A DNA stretch of 64,000 bases, taken from the NCBI GenBank assembly GCA_964291655.2, contig OZ219801.1, positions 704,001 to 768,000 of the forward strand. Direction: 5' to 3'. A program made the position numbers and the translations under genes. Below are positions 59,077 to 64,000 of the stretch, in pieces (position 1 is the stretch's first letter; every line of letters begins with the position of its first letter). The notes under the pieces were generated by a model. The model searched no databases, was not told where the DNA came from, and saw only the letters and a program-made list of their open reading frames with translations. The stretch is from Chloroflexota bacterium (GTDB lineage: Bacteria > Chloroflexota > UBA11872 > VXOZ01).

Positions 59077-60873
59077 TTACCGGAAGTGCACGACCACGTC
59101 ATGGCTGCCAGTGTCAATGTCGCTTACGGCGAGCGCTCGCGCCACTCCCGCCACACTCCGGCGCGTAAGTTCCATTGGCTCGCCGTCGAGCAAGACCTCA
59201 GCAATCTCCAGGCCGGCGTAGCGAACAGGCACCAAAAGCGTCGCGCCGGGCATTGCGCTCTGAGCCTCAACAGTCAGGCGCAACACACCGTTGGATGCCT
59301 CCCAATTCTGTTGCGCCAACACCACCGTCCGCCGTTGCTCGTTGAACGTACACCACGCATCTGTGCTCGGCATGGGTAGTTTCTGCTGCGCCGCGTATTT
59401 CAAGACTGCCTCGAACCAGCCCGCCGTGCGAATAAACTGCCCGGTGTTCACCTGTACGCCGGTGGCGTAGATCGGGTGAAAGTATAGGTGCACCACGGTG
59501 TGGTAACGTTCGATGGCGGCATCAATATACTCTTGCGAAACCGTGATTGCTTGCTCCTCGCTCAGCGGCGGCAGGAAGCTCTTGTCCACGAGCACGTAGT
59601 CGTCGCAGAAAAGGGTCTCCTGCTCGAAGATCTCGATGAACTCCCCGTCCTCGTCGATGAATCGCATCGGTAGGCCGCTGCCAGTCAGGTAGCCGTACTG
59701 CTGGTGGTCGCCGGCGCGGTAGTTTGTATCCATGCGGAAACCGGCGTCGGCCAGCGCTTGTGCCGTCTCCACCCAGCCCGGCCAGATGACGCAGTGGTGG
59801 CGTGTGGTCTTAGGCGGATAGCCGTAGCGCTCCTCGAAGAGTGTGACCTCTTCTTGAATGCGTGTACGCATCTGTTCCACGGTCGGCTTGAGGGAATGCC
59901 AGATGTGGGGCCCCGCCGAGTGGCCCCGCCGCCGGTAGTCACGCTCCATCTCCGGCGTAAGGTGTCGCAGGTGCTCCTCCATGAGATAGACCGTGTACTC
60001 GCCGCCATGAGCTTCCACCATGTTGGTGTACCACTCCATCTGCGGACGGGTCATGCCGTCGCTATCGCCGTTCACGAGCACGATGGCGGGAGCGGCGTCG
60101 GGATAGTACCACAGGCGCGCTAGGGGAGCATGGGGCTCACCCGCCCACTCAAGAATCCGCACGAGCAGTTGCTGCTGCAGGTCGGCTTGCGGCAGATCGA
60201 GCAGCGTGCGGTCGCGGTAGCCGATGAAGAGGTCGCTAGGACTGTAGAGGCCATCGCCGTCGGCATCGGGATTGGGGCCGGTGCTCGCCTGTTCGCGGCG
60301 GCCTTGGTGGAAGAGGACGGTTGACGTTGCCAGGTCGTACGTGAAGACGGCGAAGCGCCCCGCGCCGTAAACGCCGGTCACAATTGCCGGAAAGGGCAAC
60401 GCCCAATCGCGGCCGGCGATCCAGGCCAGCACGCGCTCACGGCCGCCACATTCACCGTACATGTCCGCCGTGCCGTGGAATTGCAGAAAGTCACCCAGCG
60501 CCGCAAACCACAGCGGATGGTCGCGCTCCGGCGCGATGTAGGCTTCGTTAGCCGTCCGCCGCTGCTTGTTTGTAATGCCAAGCTCCGCGGCGGTTTCGGC
60601 AGATGGCCGCAAGAAAACTACCGGCGTGCCCTCCCGCAGCGCCTCCAACGCCGCCGCATCCGCACCCGTATCCTCACCGCACGGCGCGACAATCACCGCC
60701 TGCCGACCTTTGAGCGCACACGCCGTCAGCGGCGCCTCCCGCACGTTTCGCTCCTCCGCGCCGGTCAGCCCCTCGGCATAGAGCATCTCCAGCACATAGC
60801 GCCCAAACGGCGCAACGTCGGGATCGTAGCAGCACAAGGGCGGGAGAAGAGTTGTAGCATTCTCAGTATTCAT
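59077..60873 (-). CDS. Uncharacterised 598-aa protein with a deacetylase/glycoside hydrolase-like barrel
   Basis: Long ORF with good GC3; GDSDG, H-I-W-H, TRHH, DTNY, GYLTGSGLPMRF, FHP. Confidence 0.7.
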   Translation of the reverse strand: MNTENATTLLPPLCCYDPDVAPFGRYVLEMLYAEGLTGAEERNVREAPLTACALKGRQAVIVAPCGEDTGADAAALEALREGTPVVFLRPSAETAAELGITNKQRRTANEAYIAPERDHPLWFAALGDFLQFHGTADMYGECGGRERVLAWIAGRDWALPFPAIVTGVYGAGRFAVFTYDLATSTVLFHQGRREQASTGPNPDADGDGLYSPSDLFIGYRDRTLLDLPQADLQQQLLVRILEWAGEPHAPLARLWYYPDAAPAIVLVNGDSDGMTRPQMEWYTNMVEAHGGEYTVYLMEEHLRHLTPEMERDYRRRGHSAGPHIWHSLKPTVEQMRTRIQEEVTLFEERYGYPPKTTRHHCVIWPGWVETAQALADAGFRMDTNYRAGDHQQYGYLTGSGLPMRFIDEDGEFIEIFEQETLFCDDYVLVDKSFLPPLSEEQAITVSQEYIDAAIERYHTVVHLYFHPIYATGVQVNTGQFIRTAGWFEAVLKYAAQQKLPMPSTDAWCTFNEQRRTVVLAQQNWEASNGVLRLTVEAQSAMPGATLLVPVRYAGLEIAEVLLDGEPMELTRRSVAGVARALAVSDIDTGSHDVVVHFR

Positions 60874-60898
60874 GCATTCTGTCTCACTTTATGAATTC

Positions 60899-61302
60899 GC
60901 GGTTCCGTTCACCCTTCGACGCCGCTCAGGGCGAACGGAACCGCTTCTCTTGCATTTCGGGGGACGCTCCTAACCGGAGCGAACCCACTCCGGCAATACT
61001 AAAAGGCGTCCTCAATCGACGACGTGAGCCAACGCTAAAGATCATGCGACCGTTTAGCCATAGTCTATAGAGAATAAAGACACAAACACTCAACGACAGT
61101 ACCGCAATCACTCAAGAGCGATACAGGAGTCACTCAAGTACGTCACCGTAGTCACGCAAGCACGCTATCGCAATCACTCAAGCACGCTACCGTAATCACT
61201 CTAGGATCTTACGGTATTCACTCAAGGACAACTCCACGTCCCCAGGACGATTCCACGTCCCCACTTTACCGTTCGCACTGAGCTTGTCGAAGTGTGAATG
61301 GT
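60899..61302. repeat. CCGTTC-family REP pair bracketing a degenerate 22-bp tandem repeat x7 (61081-61234)
   Basis: CCGTTCACCCTTCGAC..GCTCAGGGCGAACGG near 60906 and CCGTTCGCACTGAGCTTGTCGAAG near 61269; core CACTCAAG recurs every 22 nt. Confidence 0.75.
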
Positions 61303-61344
61303 AGGCGAGCAATGCCAGTCGGCTAAGGATTGTACCCGCTGCGT

Positions 61345-62643
61345 TCAGTTCGCCACCGCCGCTGAACGCAATTCCGCCGCGTTTTGCTTCACCTTCACGA
61401 AGGCGTCGGCGATGTCGTCCATGTCCTCTTTCGTGCCCAGGAAGGCCGCCTGGCCGATCCAGAGGCTTTCCTCACGGCAGAGGCGTTCGGCCTCAGGGCA
61501 CTCAACCTGGCGGTAGTCCATCTCGCGGCCGTAGTAGTGGCTGGTGAGCGGGAAACCGCTGCGCAGCGCGCCGTGCAGCGCATCCTGGAAGAGCGGGTGC
61601 TTATGTAAAGGCCGCACGTAGCCGATGCTACACGGGATGCCTTCCGCGGCCACCGCCTTGGCGACGAGTTCGCGCGGCGCGCCTGCGAATTCTTCGGCGT
61701 TCATGAATTTGAAGAGAAAGATGTGAAGCGCGTTGCGCTTCACAAACGAATCGACCCGTACGTTCGCCAAACCCTCGATCTCGGCCAGACGCGAGGCGAG
61801 GTAGGTGGAATTCTCGTGTCGACGCGCCGCCCACCCATCTAAGTGACCAAGCTGAGAATGCAGGATCGCTCCCATGATCTCCGTCATGCGGTAATTCCAC
61901 GAGAGCACCGGAAACTGCGTGTCAATGGGATCGTTCAATTCGTCATCCTCAAGGTCCACGTGCGAACGCCAGAAGTCATGGGCGTAGACCGCGCGCTTGT
62001 AGATGTCCTCGTTGTTCGTCGTCACACAGCCACCTTCGCCGCTGGTGAGATTCTTGCCGGCTTGAAAGCTCCAACCGGCCGCGTCGCCCAGCGAGCCGAG
62101 CTTGCCCTGGGCATGCATGCCGCCGTGGGCGTGGGCGCAGTCCTCCAGCACCAGCAGACCGTGCTTGCGCGCGATGGCGTTGATGGCGTCCATATCGGCG
62201 GCCATTCCGCCAAAGTGCACCGCGAAGATGGCGCGGGTCTTCTCCGTGATGTGGTCTTCAATCAGAGCGGGATTCAGGTTGTAGGTCTCCGGATCGATGT
62301 CCACGAAGACCGGCACGGCGCCCACCTGCAGCGGCGCGCTGGCCGTCGCCATGAACGAGTACGGCGGCACAATAACCTCATCGCCAATCTCGACCCCGGC
62401 GGCACGCACTGCAACCTCGAGCGCTGCCGTGCCGCTGCTCACGCAGAGCCCGTATTCACAGTCGTGGTAGCGCGCAAACTGCTGCTCGAATTCTCCCGTA
62501 CGCGTGCCGCCGCGCCGCCGGTTCCAGCGAGCGCTGCGCAGTACGTCCGTCACCGCGTCAACCGTTGCATCGTCTACCAGCGGCCAACTGCCGAACGGTG
62601 TTTGGCGCAGCTTTTCGCCGCCATTTATCGCTAGCTTTGCCAC
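61345..62643 (-). CDS. DegT/DnrJ/EryC1/StrS (AHBA-synthase-like) PLP aminotransferase
   Basis: GAGGAG RBS before GTG 62643; LAINGG, SSGTAAL, EDCAHAHG, WSFQAGKNLTSGEGG, NYRMTE. Confidence 0.92.
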   Translation of the reverse strand: MAKLAINGGEKLRQTPFGSWPLVDDATVDAVTDVLRSARWNRRRGGTRTGEFEQQFARYHDCEYGLCVSSGTAALEVAVRAAGVEIGDEVIVPPYSFMATASAPLQVGAVPVFVDIDPETYNLNPALIEDHITEKTRAIFAVHFGGMAADMDAINAIARKHGLLVLEDCAHAHGGMHAQGKLGSLGDAAGWSFQAGKNLTSGEGGCVTTNNEDIYKRAVYAHDFWRSHVDLEDDELNDPIDTQFPVLSWNYRMTEIMGAILHSQLGHLDGWAARRHENSTYLASRLAEIEGLANVRVDSFVKRNALHIFLFKFMNAEEFAGAPRELVAKAVAAEGIPCSIGYVRPLHKHPLFQDALHGALRSGFPLTSHYYGREMDYRQVECPEAERLCREESLWIGQAAFLGTKEDMDDIADAFVKVKQNAAELRSAAVAN

Positions 62644-62917
62644 GGGCTCTACTCCTCGCTCACTGCGTATTGAAGGGCCTTTAGTCGTCATCAGTGTGGA
62701 CTATAATAGCATGGGTGGCACCAAGGCGAACCTGTCTTTAAAGCGCGGGGGCTAGTCCCCCGCCTCTTGGCTTGCAGCGCCAAGACTCTAAGGAAGGCCG
62801 CTCTACTCGTCCCTACGGCGCTACCAACTGTGCGGCAAACAACCTCCCGAGGCGCACGGGAGTGTAATCCGCAGTCTTGCAGCATAATCGTACCCGTCAA
62901 CGCAAAGGAACGAAGTA

Positions 62918-64000
62918 ATGAAAATCGTCGACATGCACGTCCGCACGTTTACCTACGTCTCCCGCATCGTGCGGGATGCCGAGGGTCACACCCATCCGGG
63001 GCCCGAGCACGAGGCCACCCAATCGCTCCTCACCGTGGTCACGGACGACGGCGCTACTGGCTACTGCTTTGGCGCGCCTAGTCCTGCCGTGTTGGAAAGC
63101 GTCATCAAGCCCGCCATCATTGGCGAAGACCCCATGTACCGCGAGCGCATCTGGAAGACCCTGCACCACTGGCAGCGCATGTCCCGCGACCTGACCGATC
63201 GCGCGCTCGGCGCGGTGGACTTGGCAATCTGGGACCTGGTGGGCCGCGCCTTGGGCCAGCCGGTTTACAAGCTGCTCGGCGCGACCCGCGACATGGTGCC
63301 CGCCTACGCCAGCACCATGTGCGGGGACGAGATCCCCGGCGGCCTCAGCACGCCGGAGGAGTACGGGGCGTTCGCGTTGCGGTGCAAGGAACGCGGCTAT
63401 CCGGCGTTCAAGCTGCATACCTGGATGCCGCCCATCGCCTGGGCGCCGGACCCGAAGATGGATGTAGCCGCCTGCGCCGCCGTGCGTGAGGCCGTGGGCG
63501 CTGACATGGACCTCATGCTCGATTGCTACCACTTCTACAGCCGCGCGGACGCGCTCTACATCGGCAGAGCGCTGGAAGAGCTCGGCTACTACTGGTTCGA
63601 GGAGCCCATGGATGAATTCAGCACCTCATCGTACATCTGGCTGGCCGACCAGCTCGACATTCCCGTGGTCGGCCCGGAGACCGCCGACGGCAAGCTGTAC
63701 ACCCGCGCCGAGTGGATCGCCCGCGGCGCGGCTGACATCAGCCGGGGCGGCGTGAGCGACGTGGGCGGCATTACGCCTCTCATGAAGGTCGTCCACCTCT
63801 GCGAGGCCTTCAGCGTGCAGATGGAGGTGCACGGCGGCGGGCCCGGCAATCTGCACGCCCTCTGCGCCATGAACTTCCCCGGCAAGTACTACGAGCGCGG
63901 CCTGCTGCATCCCCACATCGACTATGAGGAAGTTGAGCCCTGGCTAAACAGCAAGACCGACCCTATTGACGACACAGGCAACGTCCACGTCTCCCCAGCA
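62918..64000 (+). CDS. Mandelate racemase/muconate lactonising enzyme family (enolase superfamily); runs off the window end
   Basis: AAGGA RBS, ATG 62918, no stop to 64000; VDLAIWDLVGRALGQPVYKLLG, AFKLH, LMLD, WFEEP, GPE, GGIT, EVHG. Confidence 0.9.
   Translation, partial: MKIVDMHVRTFTYVSRIVRDAEGHTHPGPEHEATQSLLTVVTDDGATGYCFGAPSPAVLESVIKPAIIGEDPMYRERIWKTLHHWQRMSRDLTDRALGAVDLAIWDLVGRALGQPVYKLLGATRDMVPAYASTMCGDEIPGGLSTPEEYGAFALRCKERGYPAFKLHTWMPPIAWAPDPKMDVAACAAVREAVGADMDLMLDCYHFYSRADALYIGRALEELGYYWFEEPMDEFSTSSYIWLADQLDIPVVGPETADGKLYTRAEWIARGAADISRGGVSDVGGITPLMKVVHLCEAFSVQMEVHGGGPGNLHALCAMNFPGKYYERGLLHPHIDYEEVEPWLNSKTDPIDDTGNVHVSPA

Overview
High-GC bacterial chromosomal segment. It is probably Chloroflexota (inference): plant-type long HisG, cdaA-cdaR, Tat lipoprotein solute-binding proteins, Pro/Thr-rich surface proteins, and paralogous DegT, GMC and sulfatase-like genes. 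About 45 genes. Housekeeping: alaS, mutY, argF, cdaA-cdaR, two-domain thyX, recA, secD, hisS-like, hisG, secF, alr, folP. The rest are transport and catabolic genes. No rRNA, tRNA, CRISPR array or prophage was recognised. The most striking signal is non-coding. Several intergenic regions are nested stacks of mobile DNA built on REP-like palindromes. One palindrome family (CCCTCTCC-N3-5-GGAGAGGG-N3-GGGTGAGGG) has been hit five times by three different transposon-end families, each time with a target-site duplication: a full IS1182, an IS1182-ended MITE, two IS481-type MITEs, and a GAGAC-ended cassette. The same palindrome is itself carried as an inverted doublet inside ~235-bp GAGAC-ended cassettes of conserved geometry. 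23-24-nt CCTG-hairpin micro-inserts sit inside other REPs. Gene-level oddities: a MocA-like nucleotidyltransferase fused to a Ham1/ITPase-like domain, secD and secF split by his genes, a sulfatase-like protein with Thr at the nucleophile position, and two frames with an early in-frame TAG. All calls come from motif recognition by eye; no database search was run.
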